From a virus (taxonomy: Duplodnaviria; Caudoviricetes): a DNA stretch of 64,000 nucleotides. Both the position numbers and the translations under genes were made by a program. Positions 8,633 to 17,226 of the stretch are shown here, piece after piece. Where the stretch lies: IMG/VR virus record IMGVR_UViG_649633106_000001; one strand, given 5' to 3'. The notes beneath the pieces are model-generated. The model was not told the DNA's origin. It saw only the letters and a program-made list of their open reading frames with translations, and searched no databases. Positions within the stretch are counted from its first letter, which is position 1. Each line of letters begins with the position of its first letter.

Positions 8633-9364
8633 CTAGTACTGCTCGCTTTTCCACACCGTCAGGATCTTCCCGATGATGTGTAGATGCGGATTCTTGGGTG
8701 AGATGTCGTAGGGCGGGAAGTCGTCCTTGTTCTTGGAAATGACGCGCAGAACAAAGCCGGGCCCGTTGAACTCGGGGACCCGCTGCAAGATCTTGATGTA
8801 GCCCTCGTCGCCCACGCGGAAGAAGTAGACCCCTTCGTGATCGACGCGATTCACGCCGCGATCCATCAGCAGCGGGTCGCCGGGGTTGAACATCCCCTTC
8901 ATCGACGGACCGAACCCTGTGACGATGCAGAGGTTCGCCAGGCTGGTGTACGAGCGCACGTTCAGCTGCAACCACTCTCGATCGACCTTCCAGCTCTTAA
9001 TGATGCCGGGTGGCTCCGCTTCCAGCAGCAGCTTGCCCCGCGTGTCCATCCCGCCGCCGACTTCGTACTGGACGATTACCACCTCGTTTTCGCTCACGCT
9101 CGGCGCGGGCGATGGCGGGACGGTCGAGGCTTGATGTTCCTGGTCCAGCCAGCCCTCGGGCTTTTTAGCGGCCTCCTCAATGCGGCGCGCGGTCTCTTTT
9201 CGCATCCCGCGCGGCTTGCCTGTTTTTGAGTCTTTCGCTCCATCGCGCAGGTTTGCGAACTGCGCGGCAGACATGTTGACGATGCGCGCAGCTTCAGCTG
9301 GGCCGCCCCGTTCCTGCTCGATCAATCGCAGGTTCTCTCGCCTGATTTCGTCAATGTCTTTCAT
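8633..9364 (-). CDS. cI: CI-like repressor (HTH + S24 peptidase)
   Basis: N-terminal HTH; GPSMKGMFNPGD (Ser) and YIKILQ (Lys); divergent from cro. Confidence 0.92.
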   Translation of the reverse strand: MKDIDEIRRENLRLIEQERGGPAEAARIVNMSAAQFANLRDGAKDSKTGKPRGMRKETARRIEEAAKKPEGWLDQEHQASTVPPSPAPSVSENEVVIVQYEVGGGMDTRGKLLLEAEPPGIIKSWKVDREWLQLNVRSYTSLANLCIVTGFGPSMKGMFNPGDPLLMDRGVNRVDHEGVYFFRVGDEGYIKILQRVPEFNGPGFVLRVISKNKDDFPPYDISPKNPHLHIIGKILTVWKSEQY

Positions 9365-9377
9365 GGGCGGGATTCGA

Positions 9378-9443
9378 TAGCAAAACGCGAAAAACGTACA
9401 TGCGCGTTTCGCTATTGACGATGCTTTCGCGTAACGCTAAATT
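9378..9443 (+). promoter_or_regulatory. PR promoter with three operators (OR)
   Basis: TTGACG (9415-9420), 17 bp, TAAATT (9438-9443); operators at 9378-9392, 9400-9414 (rc), 9425-9439 (rc), consensus TAGCGAAACGCGAAA. Confidence 0.85.
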
Positions 9444-9450
9444 AGAGGCT

Positions 9451-9738
9451 ATGGACCTGAAAACATACCTCTCCGGCGCCGGCCGGGGCGCCGCTTCCCG
9501 GCTTAGCCGCGAAATTGGTGTCTCGCCCGTATTGATCTCCCAGTGGGCATCGGACGCGCGGCCGGTTCCAGCCGAGAGGTGCCCGCCGATCGAGCGGGCG
9601 ACCAGCGGCGTGGTGACGTGCGAGACGTTGAACCCAAACGAGCCCTGGCGCCGCATACCTGATTCGGCTTGGCCGAACCCTCAGGGCCGCCCGGTACTCG
9701 ATTTCGCTGCACGGGCCAACGCAGAGGAGGCTGCGTGA
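9451..9738 (+). CDS. cro: Cro-like repressor (YdaS type)
   Basis: LSREIGVSPVLISQW..VPAERCPPIERATSGVVTCETL. Confidence 0.9.
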   Translation: MDLKTYLSGAGRGAASRLSREIGVSPVLISQWASDARPVPAERCPPIERATSGVVTCETLNPNEPWRRIPDSAWPNPQGRPVLDFAARANAEEAA

Positions 9739-9849
9739 TGCGGAGCACGACCAAGCAAGGGCCGCGTACGCGAGCGCTCGTGCGCCGAAACGTCAGCCGG
9801 GTGGAAATGCTCTTTTCAGCCGTGCAGGACGGCTGCGCTCGTGTCGACC

Positions 9850-10110
9850 TCAGGCTTCGGGGTCCATCGCTGGCGGAGGCGGTTGCATCAGAAATGCAAA
9901 CGCTGCCTTGGCGTGCGCCGCTCCAGACGGGTTCAGAACCAAGCCCGGTTGTGCCAGGGACTGCCCAAGCATCCGCTCCGCATAAATCTGAGCAGCCTCG
10001 CGGTTCGGATGGGTGTGCAGAAGGGCTCGCACCATGAGTTCGGTCGCTGCACTGCGAGCCGCAATCAGCTCCATCGTGTCCGTGAGCTTTTTGAGGGACT
10101 CCACATCCAT
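9850..10110 (-). CDS. Antisense hypothetical protein (RALxxTHP)
   Basis: 86 aa; resembles 43321-43569. Confidence 0.6.
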   Translation of the reverse strand: MDVESLKKLTDTMELIAARSAATELMVRALLHTHPNREAAQIYAERMLGQSLAQPGLVLNPSGAAHAKAAFAFLMQPPPPAMDPEA

Positions 10111-10209
10111 TTTGTCTGCCCCTCGCGGGGTCCGTGTTGAGGAACTCGGACTCTACCCCGCGGGGGCGCGGGCACCTCGTCGTCACCTCCGTCCCCCGAA
10201 GGCCGCCTG

Positions 10210-10389
10210 ATGCACATCAAGTCCCTTTTCACACTGGACCACTCCGAGGTTGTCGACCTCGCCGAGCAGGCTGCCGAGCGGGGCGAAGAGCTCGCCCTGG
10301 CGAACCCGTTCCCCGAAGGCAGTTGGCGCCACACCGTCTTCCGCGACGTGTTCGCTGCCCGCGTCGCCGACCTGCAGCCGATCGGCTGA
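10210..10389 (+). CDS. 59-aa hypothetical protein
   Basis: Manual translation MHIKSLFTLDHSEVVDLAEQAAERGEELALANPFPEGSWRHTVFRDVFAARVADLQPIG. Confidence 0.6.
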   Translation: MHIKSLFTLDHSEVVDLAEQAAERGEELALANPFPEGSWRHTVFRDVFAARVADLQPIG

Positions 10390-10416
10390 CCACTTCACCC
10401 CCACCACGAGTTCGAG

Positions 10417-10731
10417 ATGTCCACCATCGACCAAGACCAAGAGCCGGCCTTCGCCCGCGGCATCGCCGGGCCACTCGGAAAGCTGACCGAGGACCTGAAG
10501 ACCAAGGTTGACGAAACGACTAACGAGGTATTCCTGAGGCACTGCCGCCTGAGCAACACCGACACGGCCACGCTGCTGCGCGACTTCATCTACCTGACCT
10601 GCTACGGCAAGACGTGGCGACAAATGGTTGCGGAGAAGTTGATTCATGACGGGGAGCGTACCGACGCGATGCGCAAACTGACAGGGCCTTTTGAGGGCCC
10701 CGAATTCGCGCAGCGGGGAGGGCACCACTGA
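10417..10731 (+). CDS. Putative DNA-binding protein at the CII position
   Basis: LGKLTEDLKTKVDE..ATLLRDFI (RHH-like); position after cro. Confidence 0.6.
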   Translation: MSTIDQDQEPAFARGIAGPLGKLTEDLKTKVDETTNEVFLRHCRLSNTDTATLLRDFIYLTCYGKTWRQMVAEKLIHDGERTDAMRKLTGPFEGPEFAQRGGHH

Positions 10732-11897
10732 TGGACTGGCTCAACCGCTGCCACTTCGGTGACGTGCGCATGGTCCTGCGGCGCATGATCGCGGACGGCG
10801 TTCAGGTGCACACCATCGTGACGTCGCCGCCGTACTGGGGGCTGCGCTCCTATCTGCCCGCAGGTCATCCGAACAAGGTGCATGAGATCGGCAGCGAGCC
10901 GACCTTGGCTGAATTTCTCGCCGGCATGGTCGAGGTCTTCGACCTATGCCGACAAGTGCTGCGTGATGACGGGACCATGTGGGTGAACATGGGCGACAGC
11001 TACGCCGCGTCGAGCCTATCGAACCACGGCCGCGGCAAAGCGACGCCGGCAACAAACAGCCGTGGCGCGCTGCAGCCGGGTGCAGCCTGGGAGAACCCGC
11101 CGCGGCGCATGCCAGGAGAGGGGCTGAAGTCCAAGGACCTGGTGGGCCAGCCCTGGCGCCTTGCGTTTGCATTGCAGGACGCTGGCTGGTGGCTGCGTCA
11201 GGACGTCATTTGGCACAAGCCGAACCCGATGCCCGAGAGCATTCGTGATCGCTGCACGAAGGCGCACGAGTACATCTTCCTGCTGGCAAAGAGCGAGCGC
11301 TACTACTACGACTTCGAGGCCATGCAAGAGCCTGTGCAGGGCACAGCGCACGCGCGTCGTGCAATGCCCAAGCATCCATCTGGTTGGGCCCAAGGCGACG
11401 CACCGCACACCGCCGCGGCGCATCAGACAGCGGAAGCCCACCGAAAGACAAACGGGGTGGGCTGGGGGTATTCCGATGCCGACCCGAAGGCGAGAACCAC
11501 GCGCGCAGCAAATGACCCGCAGCCGGGTGTAGGTCGCCGCGCTCGCAAGTTGGCCGAAGCTGGAAGCGGCACGAAGCTCAATGCAAGCTATGACGCCGCG
11601 ATCGGCTCGGGCGACCTAACCACCAAACGCAACCGCCGCAGCGTCTGGACGGTGCCGAGTGAGCCCTACAGCGGCGCGCACTTCGCGACGTTCCCGCGAA
11701 AGTTGATCGAACCCTGCATTCTGGCCGGATGCCCGGTCGGCGGAACCGTCCTCGACATCTTCTTCGGCTCGGGTACCACCGGTGAAGTGGCGCAAGCCTT
11801 GGGGCGCAACTTCATCGGAATCGAGCTCAACGCGGCGAACGAGTCGCTGCAGGCCGATCGACTGCGGCAACCGTCGCTTCGTCTGGAGGCGGCATGA
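10731..11897 (+). CDS. N4-C/N6-A DNA methyltransferase (beta class)
   Basis: TSPPYWGLR, IWHKPNPMPES, HFATFP, VLDIFFGSGTTG. Confidence 0.93.
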   Translation: MDWLNRCHFGDVRMVLRRMIADGVQVHTIVTSPPYWGLRSYLPAGHPNKVHEIGSEPTLAEFLAGMVEVFDLCRQVLRDDGTMWVNMGDSYAASSLSNHGRGKATPATNSRGALQPGAAWENPPRRMPGEGLKSKDLVGQPWRLAFALQDAGWWLRQDVIWHKPNPMPESIRDRCTKAHEYIFLLAKSERYYYDFEAMQEPVQGTAHARRAMPKHPSGWAQGDAPHTAAAHQTAEAHRKTNGVGWGYSDADPKARTTRAANDPQPGVGRRARKLAEAGSGTKLNASYDAAIGSGDLTTKRNRRSVWTVPSEPYSGAHFATFPRKLIEPCILAGCPVGGTVLDIFFGSGTTGEVAQALGRNFIGIELNAANESLQADRLRQPSLRLEAA

Positions 11898-12739
11898 GCC
11901 AATTGCAGCTCGATGATTTGACGACTCAGGCGCTGGACGCAGTCGATTCCGGCACGCCAGCGCCTGAGCCTGCCGCGGCAGCGCCGATCGGCAAGGTGAC
12001 CACACCGATGGTCAACGCGCACATGGCCGCCACTTACAGCGAGGCCAACGGCTATGCCTGCCTGTTCGAGGTCGCCAACGGCACTGGCTCGAATGCATCG
12101 CGCGCTGCCGACATCGTGGTGCTCAACCTCTGGCCGTCCCGTGGCATGGACTACAACGGCTACGAGGTGAAGACCGCGCGCTCCGACTGGCTGCGCGAGC
12201 TCAAGCAGCCGGAGAAGGCTTGGCCCGTCATGCAGTACATGGACCGCTGGTGGCTTCTCGCAGCGCCCAACGTGGCGAAGCTGGATGAGATCCCCTCGAA
12301 CTGGGGGTTCATGGAATTCAACGGCTTGAAGTGCCGAGTCATGAAGCCGGCGCCGAAGCTGGAGCCCAAGGCCGTGACCAAGACCTTCCTCGGCGCGCTG
12401 CTGCGCAAGCCGGTGCGCGATGTCGAAGGCATGGTCAACCGCGCCAAGAACGCGGCGCTGGCCGAGGTCGACAAGACCGTCGAAGAGCGGATTGCGAAGG
12501 AGATGCGCCGGCGCGGCGAGAAGCACCAGGAGCTGGTCGACAAGCTGGCCAAGCTCCAGGAGGCGACTGGTATTGATCTGCTCGGCTGGCAGCCCGAAGA
12601 AAGCCAGGTGCACGCCATCAAGTTCGCGCTGCAAGCCGACCCGATGTCTTCGTGGCGCGGTCTACCGGGTGCCGTCCGCAATGTCGAGCAGGCGCTCGAA
12701 TCGCTGCGCGACCTGCAGGGAAAGGTTGGTGGCCAATGA
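11894..12739 (+). CDS. PD-(D/E)XK-fold protein (MmcB-like)
   Basis: FEV..RAADIVVLNLWPSRG..YEVKTARSDWLREL. Confidence 0.7.
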   Translation: MSQLQLDDLTTQALDAVDSGTPAPEPAAAAPIGKVTTPMVNAHMAATYSEANGYACLFEVANGTGSNASRAADIVVLNLWPSRGMDYNGYEVKTARSDWLRELKQPEKAWPVMQYMDRWWLLAAPNVAKLDEIPSNWGFMEFNGLKCRVMKPAPKLEPKAVTKTFLGALLRKPVRDVEGMVNRAKNAALAEVDKTVEERIAKEMRRRGEKHQELVDKLAKLQEATGIDLLGWQPEESQVHAIKFALQADPMSSWRGLPGAVRNVEQALESLRDLQGKVGGQ

Positions 12740-13038
12740 GCGTCTCCGAAACCTCCGCCGAAGCCTACCGCTCGCTGTCCCCATCGCTCTACTTGTCGCC
12801 GAAGGAGGAGCAGGTCATGCGCCTGTTCCGTCCCGGCGTGTCGCTGAGCCGCCAGCAGATCAGCCAGAAGGCCCGCATGCCGATCAACGGCGTGTGCGGC
12901 CGCGTCGATTCCCTGCTGGCCGCCCGCCGGCTCGAAGAGCGTGGCTTCCGCATCGATCCCAAAACCAACAAGCGCCAGAAGCTGCTGCGCATCCCGCAGC
13001 CCGATCAGGCCCGCCTTTTTCCGGAGGTGGAAAGTTGA
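12736..13038 (+). CDS. Winged-HTH protein
   Basis: LSRQQISQKARMPINGVCGRVDSLL. Confidence 0.7.
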   Translation: MSVSETSAEAYRSLSPSLYLSPKEEQVMRLFRPGVSLSRQQISQKARMPINGVCGRVDSLLAARRLEERGFRIDPKTNKRQKLLRIPQPDQARLFPEVES

Positions 13039-13901
13039 TGCGCGATCCTTTCAAGCTGATCGGCCCCACCTGCCTGAGCTTTAGTGGTGGCCGCACCAGC
13101 GCATATATGCTGTGGCGCGTGCTGCAGGCCAACACGCGCGAGGACCGCGCGCGCTGGCTGGTGGTGTGCTTCGCGAACACCGGCCTGGAGGCCGAAGAGA
13201 CGTTGCAGTTCGTCGCGCGCTGCTCTCACGAGTGGGGAGTGCGCATCGTGTGGCTGGAGTACCTGGGCGACGATGACCGAATGTTCCGCGCCTTCACCGA
13301 TCCGAGGTGGGCGGCGCGAGAGGGTGAACCGTTCACAGCATTGATTCGGCGCCGGCAGTTTTTGCCAAACCCGGTTAGTCGCTTCTGCACCAGCGAACTG
13401 AAGATCCGCACCATGCACCGCTACCTGCGCGCCTTCCATGCGTGGCCGGAGTGGGACCAGCTCATCGGCATTCGCGCCGATGAGCAGCGCCGCGTGTCGA
13501 AGATTCGCGCCCGCGGCACCAGCACCGAGACCAAGGACGAGACCATGTGCATGCCGTTGGCCGATGCCGGCGTGAGCGTGCAAGACGTTGCGGCGTTTTG
13601 GAAAGCCCAAGCCTTCGACCTCGAACTGGGGACAGCCAACGGACGCACGATGGAAGGGAACTGTGTCTATTGCTTCAACAAGCCGCCGGCACAGCGCCTC
13701 TCGATCGCCCGCGCGGGGCGCTACCCGATCACGTGGTGGGTTCGCGCCGAAGACGGTTCGATGATCCCGGGCGCCACCGGCCGGGGAGCGCGGTTCACCA
13801 AGGACGGCCCGAGCTACGCCCAGATCGAGCAGTACGCCGCCGACCAGGTTGACATGTTCGACCACGACGAGGAAGCCCTCGCATGCTTCTGTGGGGACTG
13901 A
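13038..13901 (+). CDS. PAPS-reductase-like PP-loop protein (NinC-like)
   Basis: SFSGGRTSAYM, FANTGLE, RFCTSELK, IGIRADE, GNCVYCF, C-terminal CFCGD. Confidence 0.85.
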   Translation: MRDPFKLIGPTCLSFSGGRTSAYMLWRVLQANTREDRARWLVVCFANTGLEAEETLQFVARCSHEWGVRIVWLEYLGDDDRMFRAFTDPRWAAREGEPFTALIRRRQFLPNPVSRFCTSELKIRTMHRYLRAFHAWPEWDQLIGIRADEQRRVSKIRARGTSTETKDETMCMPLADAGVSVQDVAAFWKAQAFDLELGTANGRTMEGNCVYCFNKPPAQRLSIARAGRYPITWWVRAEDGSMIPGATGRGARFTKDGPSYAQIEQYAADQVDMFDHDEEALACFCGD

Positions 13902-13902
13902 C

Positions 13903-14856
13903 GTGACGAGACCAGTTCCATACCCTGCAGATACCCGCGCGAAGGGCTGGCGCTTCGAGCTTGACCACGAGCGTATCGAGCAATCAGACACCTGGGCGCT
14001 CGCGCCAGCGGACGTGAAGCCGTGGCTGCTGATGCTGTGGCTTTCGGCCTGGCGCCAGGAACCCTGCGGCTCCCTGCCCAACGAAGACGAGCTCATCGCG
14101 GTGCGCATTGGCATGCCCATGAAGACCTTCGCCAAGGTGCGATCCAAGCTCATGCGCGGCTGGTGGGAGGCCTCGGACGGCCGCCTATATCACGACACGG
14201 TGACGAAGCGCGTCCTGGAGATGCTGGCCGCCCGCGAGGCGGAGCGCCGCCGGAAGGCCGAGTACCGCCAACGGAAAGAGGCGGAAAGGACTGGTCTGTC
14301 CCATGGGACAGACGATGGACACCAGCAGGACGACACCCGGAGCGACACCGGGAGAGACGGCACCGGAACCGGAACCGGAACCAGTACTGGTAAAGAAGAA
14401 AACCACCACCACGCCCGAACTACGGCCGGATCGGTGGGGGTGGATGGGCAAAGCCCAACGAAGGCAGGGGAGGTCTGCCGTGCGATCAAGGCGCGCAAGG
14501 TCGCCGACGTCAATCCGTCGAACCCGGAGCTCGTCGCGCTGATCGCGAAGGGCGTGCCCGTCGAAACCTTTGAAGCCGCGGCCGACATCTGCGCCAAGGC
14601 CACCCCGCCCAAGGGCTTCGCCTACCTGCTGGGCATCGTGAAGCGCCAGCTCGGCGAGGCCGCGCAGATCGCCTCCGGCGTCGGCATGCCTGAGAAGCCC
14701 TGGGACGAGAACCGCTCGACCATCGAAGCGAAGGGCGAGGAGCTATGCCTGGGCCGATGGAACGAGCACGACCTCAGCGTCAGCCGCGAGACGTTCCCGC
14801 AATACACCGCCCGCATTCGCCGCGCGGTGGAGCAACGACAAGGAGTACCCGCATGA
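13903..14856 (+). CDS. Replication initiator (DUF1376/YdaU-like)
   Basis: AWRQEPCGSLPNEDELIA..GW..SDGRLYH N-domain, low-complexity ori linker. Confidence 0.75.
   Translation: MTRPVPYPADTRAKGWRFELDHERIEQSDTWALAPADVKPWLLMLWLSAWRQEPCGSLPNEDELIAVRIGMPMKTFAKVRSKLMRGWWEASDGRLYHDTVTKRVLEMLAAREAERRRKAEYRQRKEAERTGLSHGTDDGHQQDDTRSDTGRDGTGTGTGTSTGKEENHHHARTTAGSVGVDGQSPTKAGEVCRAIKARKVADVNPSNPELVALIAKGVPVETFEAAADICAKATPPKGFAYLLGIVKRQLGEAAQIASGVGMPEKPWDENRSTIEAKGEELCLGRWNEHDLSVSRETFPQYTARIRRAVEQRQGVPA
14294..14313. repeat. Perfect 20-bp palindrome, probable replication origin element
   Basis: GTCTGTCCCATGGGACAGAC inside the initiator gene, followed by GACACC repeats. Confidence 0.65.
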
Positions 14857-15095
14857 CCAACGCAACAGCCATCACCCGCGTTGCTGTGTCCGCGCAGCAG
14901 CAATTGCACGCGATCGCCTGCATGGAGCGCTCGCTGCTTCAGCGCGGCGAGCTTTCGGTCCCGGCCAGCGAAGCCTTCAATCGGTATCGCGCAGTGCAGC
15001 AGAGCCGCCTCGCTGTGTGCGCCGAGCACTTCGCCGCCCTTGTACCGGCGAACGACTGCGCCTTTATTCCAACCCAGGAGCCTGAACCGGCATGA
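14853..15095 (+). CDS. Hypothetical protein
   Basis: AAGGAG SD, ATGA overlaps at both ends. Confidence 0.6.
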   Translation: MTNATAITRVAVSAQQQLHAIACMERSLLQRGELSVPASEAFNRYRAVQQSRLAVCAEHFAALVPANDCAFIPTQEPEPA

Positions 15096-15820
15096 ACACG
15101 CGCCGCCCGATCATCAAATTCGACCTGGACGAGGTTTTCGCCTGTATCCGGGAAACGCCGGTTCGCTGGAGTGACCTGGCAAGAACTAAGACCGCACGCC
15201 GCCTGCTGCGCCCGATCATCGACGAACTGTTGGCCAGCGGTGCAGTGAAGTTCGTGCGCCTTGATGGCAGCCGGCATTTCGCCGTGGCGGCATGGTGCCC
15301 GTCGAAGCAGGAGCAACTGGACGAGATCTACGGCCGCTGCCGTGCGGTCGACGGCTGCATGTTGTGGACTGGGCGCATCGACCCCGACCGGGGCCCGGCC
15401 ATGTACGCCGCCTGGGCTGGCACCGAGCGCTCTGTGCGCCGGCGCATCTGGGGAGTCAGGCAGCGGAAGCTCAACCGCGCCACCACGATCACGATGACCT
15501 GTGCGAATCCGGACGACTGCGTGCTGTTCGAGCACATGCAGCGCGCCAACCGCGGCGTGAAGCTGAAGGGCAAGCCCAAGACGCTGCTGCACCGGAACGC
15601 CATTGCGGCAGCCAAGCGCAAGGCCACGGGGAAGCTCAACGACGAGAGGGTCGCCCTAATCCTCACGAGCGAGAAGAGCACCCGGTGTCTCGCGCGCGAG
15701 ATGGACGTGAGTCAGGCCACGGTGCAGGCAGTGAGGTCTGGCGATCGCTGGCGCAACTACCGCGCCACGCCTTTTACAGGTCTTGACGCTGCCAACGATG
15801 CGGAAAGGCGCCGCGCATGA
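15092..15820 (+). CDS. Degenerate HNH-like domain + C-terminal HTH
   Basis: GCMLWTG..MTCANPDDCVLFEHM; LAREMDVSQATVQAVRSG. Confidence 0.65.
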   Translation: MNTRRPIIKFDLDEVFACIRETPVRWSDLARTKTARRLLRPIIDELLASGAVKFVRLDGSRHFAVAAWCPSKQEQLDEIYGRCRAVDGCMLWTGRIDPDRGPAMYAAWAGTERSVRRRIWGVRQRKLNRATTITMTCANPDDCVLFEHMQRANRGVKLKGKPKTLLHRNAIAAAKRKATGKLNDERVALILTSEKSTRCLAREMDVSQATVQAVRSGDRWRNYRATPFTGLDAANDAERRRA

Positions 15821-16080
15821 CGTGCCCGAACTGCGCCCGCGCAGCTGTGCGCGCTGACTGGCCAGGCTACACCGCCAACTGTCGCGAATGCCTCGCCCGC
15901 GGCATTGCCAACGGGCCAGAGTACTGGCGCTCCCGCAAAGACGGCACGCTGCGCGACGAGTACAAGACGGCGCTGCGGACCATCTGGGGCGAGGAGTGGA
16001 AGGCCGGCCACGACGCGGTCAAGACCGCGGCCGCGCGCATGGATGCCTTGCGCAGCTCGCCGCAAGGAGCGCTGCTGTGA
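15817..16080 (+). CDS. Zn-finger hypothetical protein
   Basis: CPNC..CREC. Confidence 0.7.
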   Translation: MTCPNCARAAVRADWPGYTANCRECLARGIANGPEYWRSRKDGTLRDEYKTALRTIWGEEWKAGHDAVKTAAARMDALRSSPQGALL

Positions 16081-16511
16081 CGGTCCACATCCTCGGCATC
16101 GACCCCGGCGCGAGCACCGGGCTGGCCGCCTTCGACGGTGGCGCCCTCACGTTCCTGAAGACCATCGAGCCTCACTCCATCGAGCACAACTTGCGCCACT
16201 GCATGCCAGCGCGCGTGGTCTTTGAGGACAGCCGCCTCGAGCGCCGTGCCTGGAACGCGCGCACGAAGAAGGACTACGGCGCGGCGCTGGCCACCGCGCG
16301 CTCTTTGGGCCAGGTGGATGCCTGGTGCTCCCTCATCACCGCCATCTGCGCCGACCTCGGCATTCCCGCCCACGGCATCAGCCCGACCGCCAAGGGCGCC
16401 AAGCTGGATGCAGAGGCCTTTGCGCTCGTTACCCGCTGGTCCGCGCGCAGCAACCAACACGAACGCGACGCTGCCATGGTGGCGTGGCCCTACCGGAGAA
16501 CTGCTCGATGA
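16077..16511 (+). CDS. RuvC-like Holliday junction resolvase
   Basis: ILGIDPG, VVFED, HERDAA. Confidence 0.8.
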   Translation: MTVHILGIDPGASTGLAAFDGGALTFLKTIEPHSIEHNLRHCMPARVVFEDSRLERRAWNARTKKDYGAALATARSLGQVDAWCSLITAICADLGIPAHGISPTAKGAKLDAEAFALVTRWSARSNQHERDAAMVAWPYRRTAR

Positions 16512-17008
16512 CCGACCTTGCCCTCACTGTTGTTTGGCCCGACCAGGAACGGGCCCGCTCCAGCTTCCTCGAGCGTGTTGCGCCGTGGTGCAAGGAGCAG
16601 TGGGCAGCGGGCCGTCTCCTCGAAATTGAGGTCCGCCTGCATGAAGACGCGAAGACCGACCGGCAGCGGAAGTACTACCACGGGGTTGTGCTGAAGACAA
16701 TCGCGGCGCAGGCGCGACCGAACGGTGCCCAGTTCACGCTCAAGGTCTGGAAGGAGCACTTCCGCGAGGAGTACTTGGGCTACAAGACCGTCACGACCAA
16801 GAACCCTCTCACGGGCAAGAAGGTGCGCCGGCGCGTGCGCGTCAGCTCCGAGGATCTCGGCGTGAAGGGCTACAGCAGGTTCATCGACCGCGTGAGCGCG
16901 TTCGCCGCCACCGAGCTCGGCGTGACGTTCCCCGCCAGCTTCGAACAGTGGGAGCGGATGCAGGTCGACCCGGACACGGGCGAAATCGTCGGAGCTGTGT
17001 GCCCATGA
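16508..17008 (+). CDS. NinB-like recombination protein
   Basis: KTDRQRKYYH..WKEHF..SSEDLGVKGYSRFIDRV..ELGVTF. Confidence 0.7.
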   Translation: MTDLALTVVWPDQERARSSFLERVAPWCKEQWAAGRLLEIEVRLHEDAKTDRQRKYYHGVVLKTIAAQARPNGAQFTLKVWKEHFREEYLGYKTVTTKNPLTGKKVRRRVRVSSEDLGVKGYSRFIDRVSAFAATELGVTFPASFEQWERMQVDPDTGEIVGAVCP

Positions 17009-17226
17009 CGGTAGTCCAATTTCCGCGTCCCGCAATGGCGCAGCTGGACGGCGGCATCACCCACGCGCAAGCGATGGAGGTGCATCGCCGGTACTTCGAG
17101 CAGCTGCAGGCGGTGCCCACCATCGCGCACGAGATGGGCGACGCCTACGCAGTTGCGTGTGACGTCGTGGGCGGCAAGCTGTGGCCAGGGGTGCGCGAGC
17201 ATTGGATGGATCGGGTTTTGCCATGA
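17005..17226 (+). CDS. Hypothetical protein
   Basis: ATGA overlaps at both ends. Confidence 0.55.
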   Translation: MTVVQFPRPAMAQLDGGITHAQAMEVHRRYFEQLQAVPTIAHEMGDAYAVACDVVGGKLWPGVREHWMDRVLP

